A DNA stretch of 64,000 nucleotides from an uncultured Candidatus Rokubacteria bacterium (GTDB lineage: Bacteria > Methylomirabilota > Methylomirabilia > Rokubacteriales > DASRDR01), in contig CAWDVE010000014.1 in the NCBI GenBank assembly GCA_963805625.1, forward strand, positions 96,001 to 160,000, read 5' to 3'. The translations under genes and the position numbers were made by a program. This document shows, piece by piece, positions 10,359 to 20,917 of the stretch. The notes under the pieces are model-generated. The model was not told the DNA's origin, did no database searches, and was given only the letters and a program-made list of their open reading frames with translations. How positions within the stretch are numbered: position 1 is the stretch's first letter; each line of letters opens with the position of its first letter.

Positions 10359-11680
10359 AGACCACACGCAAGGATCGGTTCACCTGGTACGTCGCCGCGG
10401 CCACGGTCGCCATCGCGCTCCTGTTGGCGCCGGCGGCCGTGTGGGCCGACGAGACCTGCCAGTCGCCGTACATGCCGAAGATCACGGGCGAGGAGGAGTA
10501 CGTCTACGTCTGGACCCTCGGGGTCGAGGGCCTGGGCGACGGTTCCGACAAGCTCGTGACCGTCGACGCGCGCAAGGGCTCGCCGACCCACGGTCAGGTG
10601 ATCCACACCGTCTCGGTCGGGGGGCGCCACGAGGCGCACCACGCCGACTTCACCGACGACCGACGCTTCCTCTGGGCGAGCGGGCTCGACACGAGCCAGA
10701 TCTTCATCTTCGACGTCCACACCGACCCGGCGAAGCCGCGCCTCGTCCGGACGATTGACGACTTCACCCAGGCCTCGGGCGGTGTCGTCGGCCCCCACGG
10801 CTTCTACGCGCTCCCTGGGCGGATGCTGATCGGCGGCCTGTCCAACGCCAAGGATCAGACGGGCCGCACGGGTCTTGTCGAGTACACGAACGAGGGGCGG
10901 TACATCACGACCCACTGGATGCCCACCGACGCCGAGCCGCGCGGCGCCGTCATCGAGAAGGTGGCCGACGGCTACGGGTACGACGCTCGGGTCCTCCCGC
11001 GGAAGAACGTCATGTTCACGACGTCGTTCACCGGCTGGTCGAACTACATGATGGACTTCGGCCAGATGGTGAAGGACGAGGCGGCCATGAAGCGCTTCGG
11101 CCAGACGGCGGCCGTCTGGAACTTCCACACGCGCCAGCCGAAGAAGGTCTTCCACGTGCCCGGCGCGCCGCTCGAGGTCCGGGTCGCGTGGGGCCCGACC
11201 CACAACTACGCCTTCACCACCACCGCCCTCACCTCCCAGATCTGGCTGATCCACGAGGACGAGCGGGGCGAGTGGCAGGCGAAGGCCGTCGGGGACATCG
11301 GCGACCCGAAACAGCTTCCGCTGCCGGTCGACATCAGCCTCTCGGCCGACGACCGGACCTTGTGGGTGGACTCGTTCATGGACGGCATGGTCCGCGCCTT
11401 CGACGTGTCCGACCCGTTCAAGCCGAAGCAGGTCTACGAGAAGAAGATCGGCCGCCAGCTCAACATGGTGTCCCAGAGCTGGGACGGCAAGCGTCTCTAC
11501 TTCACGAGCTCGCTCATCGCGCGCTGGGACAAGCAGGGCGCGGACAACGAGCAGTTCCTGAAGGCGTACACCTGGGACGGAACGGAGCTTCGCGACCGCT
11601 TCGCCCTCGACTTCACACAGCTCAAGCTCGGCCGCCCGCATGTGATGCGATTCGGGAGCGCGGCCCTCTACCGGAACTGA
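10355..11680 (+). CDS. mtoX: Methanethiol oxidase (SBP56/selenium-binding family), exported
   Basis: Signal peptide, then DETCQSPYMPKITG.EEYVYVWTLG; EAHH, GPH and GRPH His motifs; Trp228 (FTGW) and Trp391 (RWDK); followed by SCO. Confidence 0.88.
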   Translation: MKTTRKDRFTWYVAAATVAIALLLAPAAVWADETCQSPYMPKITGEEEYVYVWTLGVEGLGDGSDKLVTVDARKGSPTHGQVIHTVSVGGRHEAHHADFTDDRRFLWASGLDTSQIFIFDVHTDPAKPRLVRTIDDFTQASGGVVGPHGFYALPGRMLIGGLSNAKDQTGRTGLVEYTNEGRYITTHWMPTDAEPRGAVIEKVADGYGYDARVLPRKNVMFTTSFTGWSNYMMDFGQMVKDEAAMKRFGQTAAVWNFHTRQPKKVFHVPGAPLEVRVAWGPTHNYAFTTTALTSQIWLIHEDERGEWQAKAVGDIGDPKQLPLPVDISLSADDRTLWVDSFMDGMVRAFDVSDPFKPKQVYEKKIGRQLNMVSQSWDGKRLYFTSSLIARWDKQGADNEQFLKAYTWDGTELRDRFALDFTQLKLGRPHVMRFGSAALYRN

Positions 11681-11781
11681 ACGCACCGGATACCTACGCG
11701 CCGGCTCTCGGGGGAGGCGGGAACATCGCCCAGTCCCCCCGGGAGCCGGGCCGCCTGGGCTCGCATCGCAAGGGAGACACC

Positions 11782-12525
11782 ATGCACGCGACGAGGATCG
11801 CTCGACGGATAGTCCTCGCGGCCCTGGCCGCGGCCGTGGCCAGCGCGCCCGGCCCGGGCGCCTGGGCCCACCCCGGACACCCTCACGCGCAGTCGCCGGA
11901 GCCGGCGGCGGTCGAGGCCCCGGTCGGGCGTCGCGCCGAGTTCGACTTCGACGCCCCGACGCCCGGCACCTACCGGCTGCCGGTCATCAAGCCCGCGCCG
12001 GACGGACCGGTGCTCGACGCCCGCGGCGCCGAGCGCCGCCTGCACCAGCTCATGGCCGGCAAGGTCGTCGTCCTGAGCTTCGTCTACACGCAGTGCAGCG
12101 ACGCACGGGGCTGTCCTCTCGCGACCGCCGTGCTCTATCAGCTCCACCGGATGAGCGCGTCGGACCGGGCGCTCGCCGAGCACCTCAAGCTCATCACCCT
12201 GAGCTTCGATCCGGCCCACGACACCCCGGCGGTGATGGCGCGCTACGCCGGGCCGCGCGACTCGTGGGCCGCGCGAGCGAGCGAGTGGGACCGCCTGACC
12301 ACGGCGTCCGAGCGTACCCTCGCACCCATCCTCGCCGGCTACGGCCAGGTCATCAGCCGGCCCACCGCCAACCCGGCCGCGGGCCTGACCCACCGTCTGC
12401 GCGTCTACCTCATCGACCGCCAGCAGCGGATCCGGAACATCTACGGGCTCGACTTCCTCGATCCGCGCCTGCTGATCGCGGACGTCCGGACGCTGCTCCA
12501 GGAGGACCGCGAGGTCCGACGCTGA
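11782..12525 (+). CDS. SCO1/SenC copper chaperone
   Basis: Signal peptide; FVYTQCSDARGCP; LSFDPAHDTP; LTHRLRVYLID. Confidence 0.88.
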   Translation: MHATRIARRIVLAALAAAVASAPGPGAWAHPGHPHAQSPEPAAVEAPVGRRAEFDFDAPTPGTYRLPVIKPAPDGPVLDARGAERRLHQLMAGKVVVLSFVYTQCSDARGCPLATAVLYQLHRMSASDRALAEHLKLITLSFDPAHDTPAVMARYAGPRDSWAARASEWDRLTTASERTLAPILAGYGQVISRPTANPAAGLTHRLRVYLIDRQQRIRNIYGLDFLDPRLLIADVRTLLQEDREVRR

Positions 12526-12726
12526 CGCCCGGCGCCCAGGACCGCGGGTCCCTCGCAGCCGCGCGCTCCCCGACTGCCGGGAGCGTTGCCATGTCCCGCC
12601 GTTGCGCGCTACACTCCATCCAACTCGCAGACGGCACCGGTGGCGCAGCCGCCGGCAGGAGCAGCCGAACGCTTCCTTGAACGACCTAGGCTGAGACCCA
12701 GGGATCCCGGGAAGGAGCGTCCGCTC

Positions 12727-12978
12727 ATGCCTCTCTACCTGGACGTCCACAACAAGATCGAGGGCCTCACCACCGACCTGGCGGCCGAGGCCCACAAGAA
12801 GGACCTCGCCGTCCAGGGCAAGTACGGGGTCAACTACATCCGATACTGGTACGACGAGGGCGCCGGCAAGGTGTTCTGTCTCTGCACGGCCCCCAGCAAG
12901 GAGGCAGCGGCGGCGGTGCACCGCGAGGCCCACGGTGCAATGGCCGACGAGATCATCGAGGTGAAGGAAGGCTCTTAG
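12727..12978 (+). CDS. DUF4242 / SCO4226-like nickel-binding protein
   Basis: LYLDVH..EAHKKDLAVQGKYGVNYIRYWYDE..KVFCL..APSKEAAAAVHREAHG. Confidence 0.88.
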   Translation: MPLYLDVHNKIEGLTTDLAAEAHKKDLAVQGKYGVNYIRYWYDEGAGKVFCLCTAPSKEAAAAVHREAHGAMADEIIEVKEGS

Positions 12979-13037
12979 GAGCGCCGTCGCTTGCAGGAGG
13001 GGCCGCCACCATCCGCCCGGGAGCACGAGGGACCGAC

Positions 13038-16000
13038 GTGAGTTGCCCTCAGTGCCGGCAGGACAACCCTCCTGGCGCCAAGTTCTGCAGCGGCTGCGGC
13101 GGGCGACTCGAGTCGGCTTGCCCGGGGTGCGGGCACGCCTACCTGCCGGGCAGCCGATTCTGCAACGAGTGCGGCAAGCCGCTTGCGACCTCGTCCGTGG
13201 CTGCGCCGGGGCTCGCGTCTCCTCAGAGCTACACGCCTCGCTATCTGGCGGAGAAGATCCTCACCTCCCGCCCGGCTCTCGAGGGCGAGCGGAAGCAGGT
13301 GACCGTGCTGTTCGCCGATATGAAAGGCTCGCTCGAGCTGCTCGCCGACCGCGACCCGGAGGACGCGCGCAAGCTCCTGGACCCCGTTCTCGAGCGCATG
13401 ATGGAGGCGGTGCACCGCTACGAGGGCACCGTCAACCAGGTCATGGGGGATGGCATCATGGCGCTCTTCGGCGCCCCCCTGGCGCACGAGGACCATGCCG
13501 TGCGCGCCTGCTACGCCGCGCTGGCCATGCAGCAGGCGATCCGCCGGTACACCGTCGAGATCCGGCGAGAGCACGGCATCGAGGTCCAGGTTCGCGTGGG
13601 CCTCAACTCCGGGGAGGTGGTCGTGCGGGCGATCGGGAGCGATCTCCGCATGGACTACTCAGCGGTGGGCCAGACCACGCATCTCGCCGCGCGCATGGAG
13701 CAGCTCGCGACACCGGGCTCGACGCGGCTGACCGCCGAGACGCTCCGGCTCGCCGAGGGGTTCGTCGAGGTCGTCCCGATCGGTCCCGTCCCGGTCAAGG
13801 GAATGGCGAGTCCAGTCGAGGTGTTCGAGCTGGCCGGACCGTCGGCGACGCGCACGCGGCTCCAGGCGGCGGCGGCGCGGGGGCTCACCCGGTTCGTCGG
13901 GCGCACCCAGGAGCTGGACCATCTCCGCCAGGCTCTCGAAAAGGCGCGCGGGGCTCAGGGACAAGTCGTCGCCGCGGTGGGCGAGCCCGGCGTGGGGAAA
14001 TCGCGTCTCCTCTGGGAGTTCATCCACTCGCACCGGACCCAGGGCTGGCTAGTGCTGGAATCGAGCTCCGTCTCCTACGGCAAGGCCAGCGCGTATTTGC
14101 CCGTCATCGACCTCTGCAAGAGCTACTTCCGGATCGAGCCGCGCGACGACGCCCGCAGTATCCGGGAGAAGGTGACGGGCAAGCTCCTGACGCTCGACGA
14201 GTCGCTGCGTGCCATGGTGCCGGGCTTCCTCTCCCTCCTGGACGTGCCGACCGACGACGCCTCGTGGGACGCTCTCGACCCCGGGCAGCGCCGGCGGCGG
14301 ACGATCGACGGCCTGCGGCGAATGCTCCTCCGCGAGAGCCAGGTCCAGCCGCTCTGCCTGGTCTTCGAGGATCTCCACTGGGTGGATGCCGAGACCCAGG
14401 GCCTCCTCGACTCGCTGGTCGAGAGCCTGCCGACGGCGCGGCTCCTCCTCCTGGTCAACTACCGGCCGGAGTACAGCCACGGCTGGGGGAGCAAGACCTA
14501 TTACAGCCAGCTCCGGCTCGATCCGCTGCCGGCCGAGAGCGCGGACGAGCTGCTCCGCGCGCTGCTCGGGGAGGACGAGGCGCTCGATCCGCTCAAGCGC
14601 CTGCTGGTAGAGCGGACGGAGGGTGTGCCCCTGTTCCTCGAGGAGAGCGTGCGGACGCTCGTGGAGACAGGCGCTCTGGACGGCGAGCGGGGCGGTTATC
14701 GCCTGGCGCGCCCCTTCGACACCATCCAGGTGCCGGCCACGGTGCAGGCCATCCTCGCCGCCCGGATCGATCGCCTCCCGCCGGAGGACAAGACCCTGCT
14801 CCAGACCGCGGCCGTCATCGGCAAGGACGTGCCGTTCGCGCTCTGGCAGGCCATCGCAGACACCCCCGAGGAGAACCTCCGCCAGTGTCTCGGACGCCTC
14901 CAGGCGGCCGAGTTCCTCTACGAGACCGCCCTCTTCCCCGAGCTGGAGTACACCTTCAAGCACGCGCTCACCCAGGAGGTGGCCTACGGCGGCCTGCTCC
15001 AGGAGCGGCGGCGCGCCCTGCATGCCGGGATCGTCCGGGCCTTCGAAACCTTGTACCCCGGGCGCGCGGGCGAGCGGTCGAGCTGGCTCACGCTTCACGC
15101 CTTCCGCGGCGAGGTCTGGGACCGCGCCGTGGCCTACCTGCAGGGGAGCGACCTGCCGACCCTGGACGGGTTCCAGAGCGGGCTCATCGGCGTCGACAAC
15201 CCGGGGGCGGCCTGGTGGATGGGAGACCACGAGCACGTCGTCAGGGCTGCCCAGCGAGAGCTGGGCGCAGTCCCGCTCATGACCTCCTCGTGGCGCATGC
15301 CCTTGACCGTCGCGATGAACCTCCGGCTCGGTCAGGCTCACCACTCCCTCGGCCAGTACTCGCGGGCGATGGACGCGCTCCGGAAGAACGTCGAACTGCT
15401 CGCGGGTGACCTCCTGCACGACCTCTGCTACATGGCCGGGCTGCCCTCCGTCTTCTCCCGGGCCTGGCTGGCGCTCTGTCTCGCCGAGCGAGGGGAGTTC
15501 GGTGAGGCCCTGGCCATCGGCCAGGAGGCGCTTCGGATCGCCGAGACCGGGGACCCCGGCTTCAGCCTCGTCGTCGGGTGCGCCGGCCTCGGGAACGTGT
15601 GCGTGGCCAAGGGGGACTTCGCGCGCGCCGTCGCCGTCCTGGAGCCCGGCCTGCCTCGCGAGCCGGGCGAGGTCATCGCCCGCGTGTGGCCTTTCGGCGC
15701 GTCCGCGCTGGGCGCCGCGTACACGCACCTCGGGCGCGCCGGCGAGGCGCTGCCGCTCCTCGAGGAGTCGATCGAACGGGCGGGGACCTTGAAGCTCAAG
15801 GCCAATCACTCGGTCCGGGTGGCTCGCCTCGCCGAGGCGTACCTCGGCGTCGGCCAGGCCGAGCGTGCGTTCTCGGTCGCCGCCCAGGCCCTCGACCTCG
15901 CCCAGGAGCACCGCGAGCGCGGCCACGAGGCGCATGTCCTCCGGCTCCTCGCCGCGATCGAGCTCGCGCGTGAGGCACCGGCCCTCGACCGGGCCGAGGA

Positions 16001-16190
16001 GGGCTACCGGAAGGCCCTCGCCCTCGCCGAGGCTCTCGGGATGCGGCCGCTCCAGGCGCACTGCCACCGTGGCCTCGGTCGTCTCTATCGGCGACGGGGC
16101 GATCTCGAGACCGGCTCCTCGGAGGTCGCGGTGGCGCGCGATCTCTTCCGCGCAATGGACATGACCTTCTGGCTCGACGAGACCGACTAA
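13038..16190 (+). CDS. Double zinc ribbon-adenylate/guanylate cyclase-STAND ATPase-TPR protein
   Basis: Four CxxC; ERKQVTVLFADMKGS; MGDGIMALFG; GEPGVGKS; FEDLHW; YTFKHALT; C-terminal TPR repeats. Confidence 0.93.
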   Translation: MSCPQCRQDNPPGAKFCSGCGGRLESACPGCGHAYLPGSRFCNECGKPLATSSVAAPGLASPQSYTPRYLAEKILTSRPALEGERKQVTVLFADMKGSLELLADRDPEDARKLLDPVLERMMEAVHRYEGTVNQVMGDGIMALFGAPLAHEDHAVRACYAALAMQQAIRRYTVEIRREHGIEVQVRVGLNSGEVVVRAIGSDLRMDYSAVGQTTHLAARMEQLATPGSTRLTAETLRLAEGFVEVVPIGPVPVKGMASPVEVFELAGPSATRTRLQAAAARGLTRFVGRTQELDHLRQALEKARGAQGQVVAAVGEPGVGKSRLLWEFIHSHRTQGWLVLESSSVSYGKASAYLPVIDLCKSYFRIEPRDDARSIREKVTGKLLTLDESLRAMVPGFLSLLDVPTDDASWDALDPGQRRRRTIDGLRRMLLRESQVQPLCLVFEDLHWVDAETQGLLDSLVESLPTARLLLLVNYRPEYSHGWGSKTYYSQLRLDPLPAESADELLRALLGEDEALDPLKRLLVERTEGVPLFLEESVRTLVETGALDGERGGYRLARPFDTIQVPATVQAILAARIDRLPPEDKTLLQTAAVIGKDVPFALWQAIADTPEENLRQCLGRLQAAEFLYETALFPELEYTFKHALTQEVAYGGLLQERRRALHAGIVRAFETLYPGRAGERSSWLTLHAFRGEVWDRAVAYLQGSDLPTLDGFQSGLIGVDNPGAAWWMGDHEHVVRAAQRELGAVPLMTSSWRMPLTVAMNLRLGQAHHSLGQYSRAMDALRKNVELLAGDLLHDLCYMAGLPSVFSRAWLALCLAERGEFGEALAIGQEALRIAETGDPGFSLVVGCAGLGNVCVAKGDFARAVAVLEPGLPREPGEVIARVWPFGASALGAAYTHLGRAGEALPLLEESIERAGTLKLKANHSVRVARLAEAYLGVGQAERAFSVAAQALDLAQEHRERGHEAHVLRLLAAIELAREAPALDRAEEGYRKALALAEALGMRPLQAHCHRGLGRLYRRRGDLETGSSEVAVARDLFRAMDMTFWLDETD

Positions 16191-16207
16191 CTCAGGAGGC
16201 GACGATC

Positions 16208-17393
16208 ATGGCTCCAGCCACCACGTCCCCGATCCTGCCCGAGGCGATGCTCCAGCGCTTCCGCGACCGCGCGCCCGGCTACGACCGCGAGAACCGGTTC
16301 TTCCAGGAGGACTTCGACGAGCTACGCGGGGCCGGGTATCTCGCCATCGCCGTGCCGCGCGAGCTGGGAGGCAGGGGCCTGACCTTCGCGGAGTGCATGC
16401 GCGAGCAGCGCCGGCTCGCCCACTACGCGCACGCCACGGCGCTGGCCATGAACATGCACCTCTACTGGGTCGGAGTGGCCGCCGACCTCTGGCGCGCGGG
16501 CGACCGCTCCCTCGAGTGGATGCTGCGCGGGGCCGTGTCCGGCGAGGTCTTCGCGGCGGGCCATGCCGAGCGCGGCAACGACATGCCACTGTTCCTCTCC
16601 ACCACGAAGGCCGAGCGGGTCGCGGGCGGCTACCGCATTCACCGGCCACAAGTCCTTCGGAAGCCTGACGCCCGTCTGGACCTACCTGGGCCTGCATGCG
16701 ATGGACTCGAGCGATCCCGCGGCGCCGAAGATCGTGCACGCGTTCATGCCCCGGGCGACGGAGGGGTACTCGATCAAGGAGACCTGGGACGTCCTGGGGA
16801 TGCGGGCCACCGCCAGCCAGGACACCGTGCTCCAGGGGGCGTTCGTGCCCGACCGGTACATCGCCCGCGTGGTGCCCACCGGGTTCGCCGGCGCCGACCT
16901 CTTCATCCTGGCCATCTTCGCCTGGGCGCTGACCGGCTTCGCGAACGTCTACTACGGGCTGGCCCGGCACGTGCTCGACCTGACGGTCGACAACCTCAAG
17001 AGCAAGACGTCGATCGCCATCTCCCGCGGCTCGCTGATCCACCACCCCGAGGTCCAGCACGCCGTCGCCGACATGGTGATCGAGCTGGAGGGGATCGGGC
17101 CCCAGCTCGACCGGCTCGCCGACGACTGGACCCAGGGGGTGGACCACGGCGGCGCGTGGCCGGTGAAGATCGTGGCCACGAAGTACCGGACGGTGGAGGC
17201 CGCCTGGAAGGTGGTGGACACCGCCCTCGATCTCGCCGGCGGCTACGGCATCTTCGCGGCCTCCGGCATCGAGCGGCTGTTCCGGGACGCTCGGCTCAGC
17301 CGGATCCACCCGGCGAACTCCGCCCTGACCCACGAGGTCGTGGGCAAGCTAACCCTCGGGGTCGATCCGGACGCGCAGCCGCGCTGGGGCTGA
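16208..17393 (+). CDS. Acyl-CoA dehydrogenase-fold flavoprotein, frameshift near 16635
   Basis: [15 protein letters not shown]...ATALAMNMH...GGYR, one extra base, FTGHKSFGS...[11 protein letters not shown]...IERLFRDAR. Confidence 0.85.
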
Positions 17394-17559
17394 GAGCGGC
17401 CGGCGGCCGCGATCTGCCTGATCGAGCACGACACCGTCATCACGGCTCGACCAGGAGCGCCGCAGGATGACGCGAGATGGGCAGGCGCTCGCGAGATCGC
17501 CGCTCGCCCAAGTAGGCGCGGATCTCAGCTCGCCATCCTCACGCACTCGATGGCTTGGC

Positions 17560-17825
17560 GGACCCGGCGCGGCCAGAACGTCCGGCGTGAACGGCTTCTG
17601 GAGGACATCCGCGTCCGGCACGCCTCCATGGGCGGTGATCTCGTCGTAGCCGCTCATGTAGAGCACCTTCGTCTCGGGCCGGACCGCGGTGAGCTGCCGG
17701 GCCAATTCCCAGCCGTTGGACAGGTCAAGCCCGATGCCCTGGCCGGGATCCTTGGTCGTGAAGAAGGGCTCGAAGATGCGCGCCTGCGTTGCCTGATCCA
17801 TGCCCACGCCGGTGTCGCTCACCAG
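17560..17825 (-). pseudogene. Hybrid histidine kinase/receiver remnant with internal deletion
   Basis: [30 protein letters not shown] fused directly to the receiver half NGWELARQL...VLYMSGY...LQKPFTP. Confidence 0.8.
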
Positions 17826-17937
17826 GGCACCCCATTTCGATCTGACCCTGGCTCGGACGGGCATCAAAGCAAAGCCCCAACAACGGACCGCCCGTCGACT
17901 ACCCGCCTCTGCACCCCGCGTGGCACAATAGCGACCC

Positions 17938-18219
17938 ATGAGAGACTACTGGCTCAGCAAGCTCTTCTTCGATCTTCAGAGCTCCCCGCCGCTCGGCGCA
18001 CAGTATCGCGCCGAGCGGAAGACAGTTCTCGACCGCTATCCCCTGACGCCCGAGGTGCGCTCCGCGGTCGAGCGCGACGACGTTGCGTTTCTCGCGCCGC
18101 GGGTCAACGCCTACCTGCTCCGGTTCTATTTCGTCGTCACCGGCATGCCCGAGGCGGAGTTCCTGAGCAAGGTGAGGACCGCCGGGGCTCCCGGCGCGGC
18201 GACGGCTCGCCATGGCTGA
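17938..18219 (+). CDS. LigA-like small subunit of an extradiol dioxygenase
   Basis: [10 protein letters not shown]...[16 protein letters not shown]; overlaps the LigB-like gene. Confidence 0.65.
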   Translation: MRDYWLSKLFFDLQSSPPLGAQYRAERKTVLDRYPLTPEVRSAVERDDVAFLAPRVNAYLLRFYFVVTGMPEAEFLSKVRTAGAPGAATARHG

Positions 18220-19045
18220 GCTGGTTGGCGTGTTCGCGTCCAGCCACGCGCCGCTCTTCATCCGCGGCTGGAAAGACATCAAGCCGGACAATCAGCAGAG
18301 CATCATGCGCTCGCTCACCGAGCTCGGCCGGCGCATCACGGCCACCCACCCCGACGTCCTCGTCGAGATCTCGCCCGATCACTGGGTGAATTTCTTCATC
18401 GACAATCTGCCCAGCATCTGCATCGGCGTGGGCGACGTGCACGAAGGGCCCGCAGAGCCGTGGATGAAGGACTGCCCCTTCAAGACCATCGCCGGCCATC
18501 CGCAGCTGGCGAGCCACATCCTTCAGGTCGCGTTCGAGCGCGACTTCGAGCCATCGGTTTCGCACCGTCTGACGCTCGACCACGGCTTCTGCATCCCACT
18601 GTGGAAGAGCGGCCTCGATCCCCTGCCTCCGATCGTTCCGATCATCTTCAATGACCTCGAGCCGCCGTACCCGAGCGTGCAGCGCTGCCTCCAGTGGGGA
18701 ACGATGCTGGCGGAAGCGATCCGCAGCTACCCGCAGGATCTTCGCGTCGCGGTTCTCGCGACCGGCGGCCTGAGTCACTCGATCGGAGAGCCCACGATGG
18801 GTGAGATCGACGAGCCGTTCGACCGTGAATGCATCCGCCACTTCGAGGAAGGCGCCGAGCGCCCCCTGATCGACTTCCTGAACGGGCGGCTGCCCACCAT
18901 CGGCAACGGCGCGGCCGAGATCCGCAACTGGGTGGCCGCCCACGGCGCCGCGGGCAAGCGCGGCTTCGAGCTGATCGGCTATTGCAACTGCCCCGAGGTG
19001 TACGTCGGCTGCGGGTTTGCCTCATGGAACCTCGGCACTCGCTGA
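18212..19045 (+). CDS. LigB/MhpB-family (class III) extradiol ring-cleavage dioxygenase
   Basis: ASSHAP, SPDHW.NF, LDHGFCIP, ATGGLSH, EIRNW motifs. Confidence 0.9.
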   Translation: MAELVGVFASSHAPLFIRGWKDIKPDNQQSIMRSLTELGRRITATHPDVLVEISPDHWVNFFIDNLPSICIGVGDVHEGPAEPWMKDCPFKTIAGHPQLASHILQVAFERDFEPSVSHRLTLDHGFCIPLWKSGLDPLPPIVPIIFNDLEPPYPSVQRCLQWGTMLAEAIRSYPQDLRVAVLATGGLSHSIGEPTMGEIDEPFDRECIRHFEEGAERPLIDFLNGRLPTIGNGAAEIRNWVAAHGAAGKRGFELIGYCNCPEVYVGCGFASWNLGTR

Positions 19046-19188
19046 GCGATCCCCCACCTTGAGCCAAGCGAAGCATCTCCGCTCTCGGAGGCACCGGAGA
19101 CGGACGGCATGGGGTCCGACGAGGGAAAGAGCGCCGCAGTGACGATGTCGAACTACACGGTCTCCGGGACGGGCAGGGTCACCGCGCG

Positions 19189-19332
19189 CAGGACGCGCAC
19201 AAGGGGCGCAGTCGTCAACAACCAGTAGACGGCCACGCGAGCCCGGGCCGGTATCGCCCATCGCCCCGAGCCAGCCGGGGAACATCACGAACACCAGCAT
19301 GAGCATGAAGCCCACGAGCACGAGATGCACGT
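19189..19332 (-). repeat. Degenerate partial duplicate of the 21589-22029 gene
   Basis: 19288-19332 is identical over 45 bp to 21852-21896; similarity extends over 19189-19332 versus 21739-21896. Confidence 0.85.
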
Positions 19333-19393
19333 ACGCGAGGGCAGCCCGACGAGCCGGTTTACGACTGTCGCCGCGGGTCGGCTCGTCGGGCGC

Positions 19394-20917
19394 TCACTTC
19401 TGCTCGATGATGCGCCCCTCGACGGTCGGCGACACCGTAGTGCGCGCCGCGATGTATTCCATGACCACGTTGGCCATCAGCGGACCGCCGCTGGCGTCGA
19501 TGACCGGCCGACCCTTCTTCAGCGAAGCATAGCCATCGCCGCCGGCCATCATGTACTCGTTGGTGGCCAGCCGGTAGGTCGCGGCCGGATCGAGCGGCTT
19601 GCCGCCGATGGTCACCTGTAGCACCCGGTTGCCCCTCGGCCGCTTCGGGTCGAAGGTGAAGGAAAGCCCGGAGACCTGCGGGAACCGGCCGGCCACGTCC
19701 TCGACCAAGCTGACACCCTCCTCCAGCGCGGCCAGCAGGTCGGCGCCGCTGATCTCCAGCAGCACCGTGACGTTGCCGAAAGGCAGCTCAGTGAGGATGT
19801 CCTTGCGGGTCAGCGTCGTGCCCGACGCGTAGGTGCGATCGCCGCGGATGCCGCCGCCATTGGTGACCGCCACGTCGGCCTTCGTGAAGTCGCGGATGGC
19901 GTCCGCGATGAGATTCCCCATCGCGCTCTCCTTGAGGCGCACGGTGGCGCGTCGGGAGTCCAGCTCCACCCCCGTTGTGCCAACGGCCACCTTGAGATTC
20001 TCGTCGAGCTTGGCCTCGTGCTGCTTGACGATCGCCGCGATGGCCGGATCCGGCGCCACCCCGGCGGTCGAGATCACGCGCCACTCGCGCGGCCAGACCT
20101 TCACCTGCGGCCCGCGCTGGGTCTGGACCTTCTCGATCTCGATCCGCGCCACGCCGAGGTAGTGCGCGTCGACCCCGACCTTGAAGATGAACACACCGCT
20201 CTCGTACACGGTCATGGGGTCGTGATCGTGGCCGCTCAGGATGACGTCGATGCCCTTGACCGCGCGGGCGAGCTCGCGGTCCTGGGCGATGGTCAGGTGC
20301 GTCAAGGCCACGATGGCGTCGGCACCCTGATCCTTGAGCTGCTTGACCGCGGCGCGGGCGGTGTCCAGAACTGGCAGGAACTTCACGTCCGGACCCGTGT
20401 TGGACAGGTGGTGCGTGTCGGGGGTGAGAATCCCGAAGAAGCCGATCGTCAGCTCCCCGACCTTCCGGGTCAGGACAGGCACGAGACCCCCGAAGATCTT
20501 CCCATCATCGCCCATGACGTTGGTGCCGAGCCAAGGGAACTTCGATTCGGTGACGCGCTGCTTGAGGACCTCGGAGCCGAAGTCGAATTCGTGGTTCCCG
20601 ACCACGGCGATGTCGAGCCCGATGGCATTCATCAGCTCGATCATCTGCGTCCCTTTGGTGATCCCTGACATCATGGACGAGCCGATGAGGTCGCCCCCGA
20701 GCGTGGTGATCGCGTCGGGCGCCGCGGCGCGCTCCCGCTGTAGGAGGGTCATGAGCGGTGCGATCCCCCCGCGCCCCTCCTTGGGGCTGATCTCGTAGAC
20801 GTCGTTGAGGTGCAGGAAGGTGACCGTGGCCGTCTGGGCGAAGGCCGACACCGCCAGGACGAGAACGACGGCGGCCGTCACGACTGCAGTGCGCACCAGG
20901 GCGGACAGTGAAGGCAT
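19394..20917 (-). CDS. Exported 5'-nucleotidase / UDP-sugar hydrolase
   Basis: GGAGG RBS, signal peptide, LHLNDVY, GGD, GNHEFD, LTH, SGHDH, NGGGIRG, RFPQVSG. Confidence 0.93.
   Translation of the reverse strand: MPSLSALVRTAVVTAAVVLVLAVSAFAQTATVTFLHLNDVYEISPKEGRGGIAPLMTLLQRERAAAPDAITTLGGDLIGSSMMSGITKGTQMIELMNAIGLDIAVVGNHEFDFGSEVLKQRVTESKFPWLGTNVMGDDGKIFGGLVPVLTRKVGELTIGFFGILTPDTHHLSNTGPDVKFLPVLDTARAAVKQLKDQGADAIVALTHLTIAQDRELARAVKGIDVILSGHDHDPMTVYESGVFIFKVGVDAHYLGVARIEIEKVQTQRGPQVKVWPREWRVISTAGVAPDPAIAAIVKQHEAKLDENLKVAVGTTGVELDSRRATVRLKESAMGNLIADAIRDFTKADVAVTNGGGIRGDRTYASGTTLTRKDILTELPFGNVTVLLEISGADLLAALEEGVSLVEDVAGRFPQVSGLSFTFDPKRPRGNRVLQVTIGGKPLDPAATYRLATNEYMMAGGDGYASLKKGRPVIDASGGPLMANVVMEYIAARTTVSPTVEGRIIEQK

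Noticed and set aside
10355-11680. Selenoprotein or selenium system
   Set aside because: SBP56 is only a family name; no in-frame TGA in this gene or in padB
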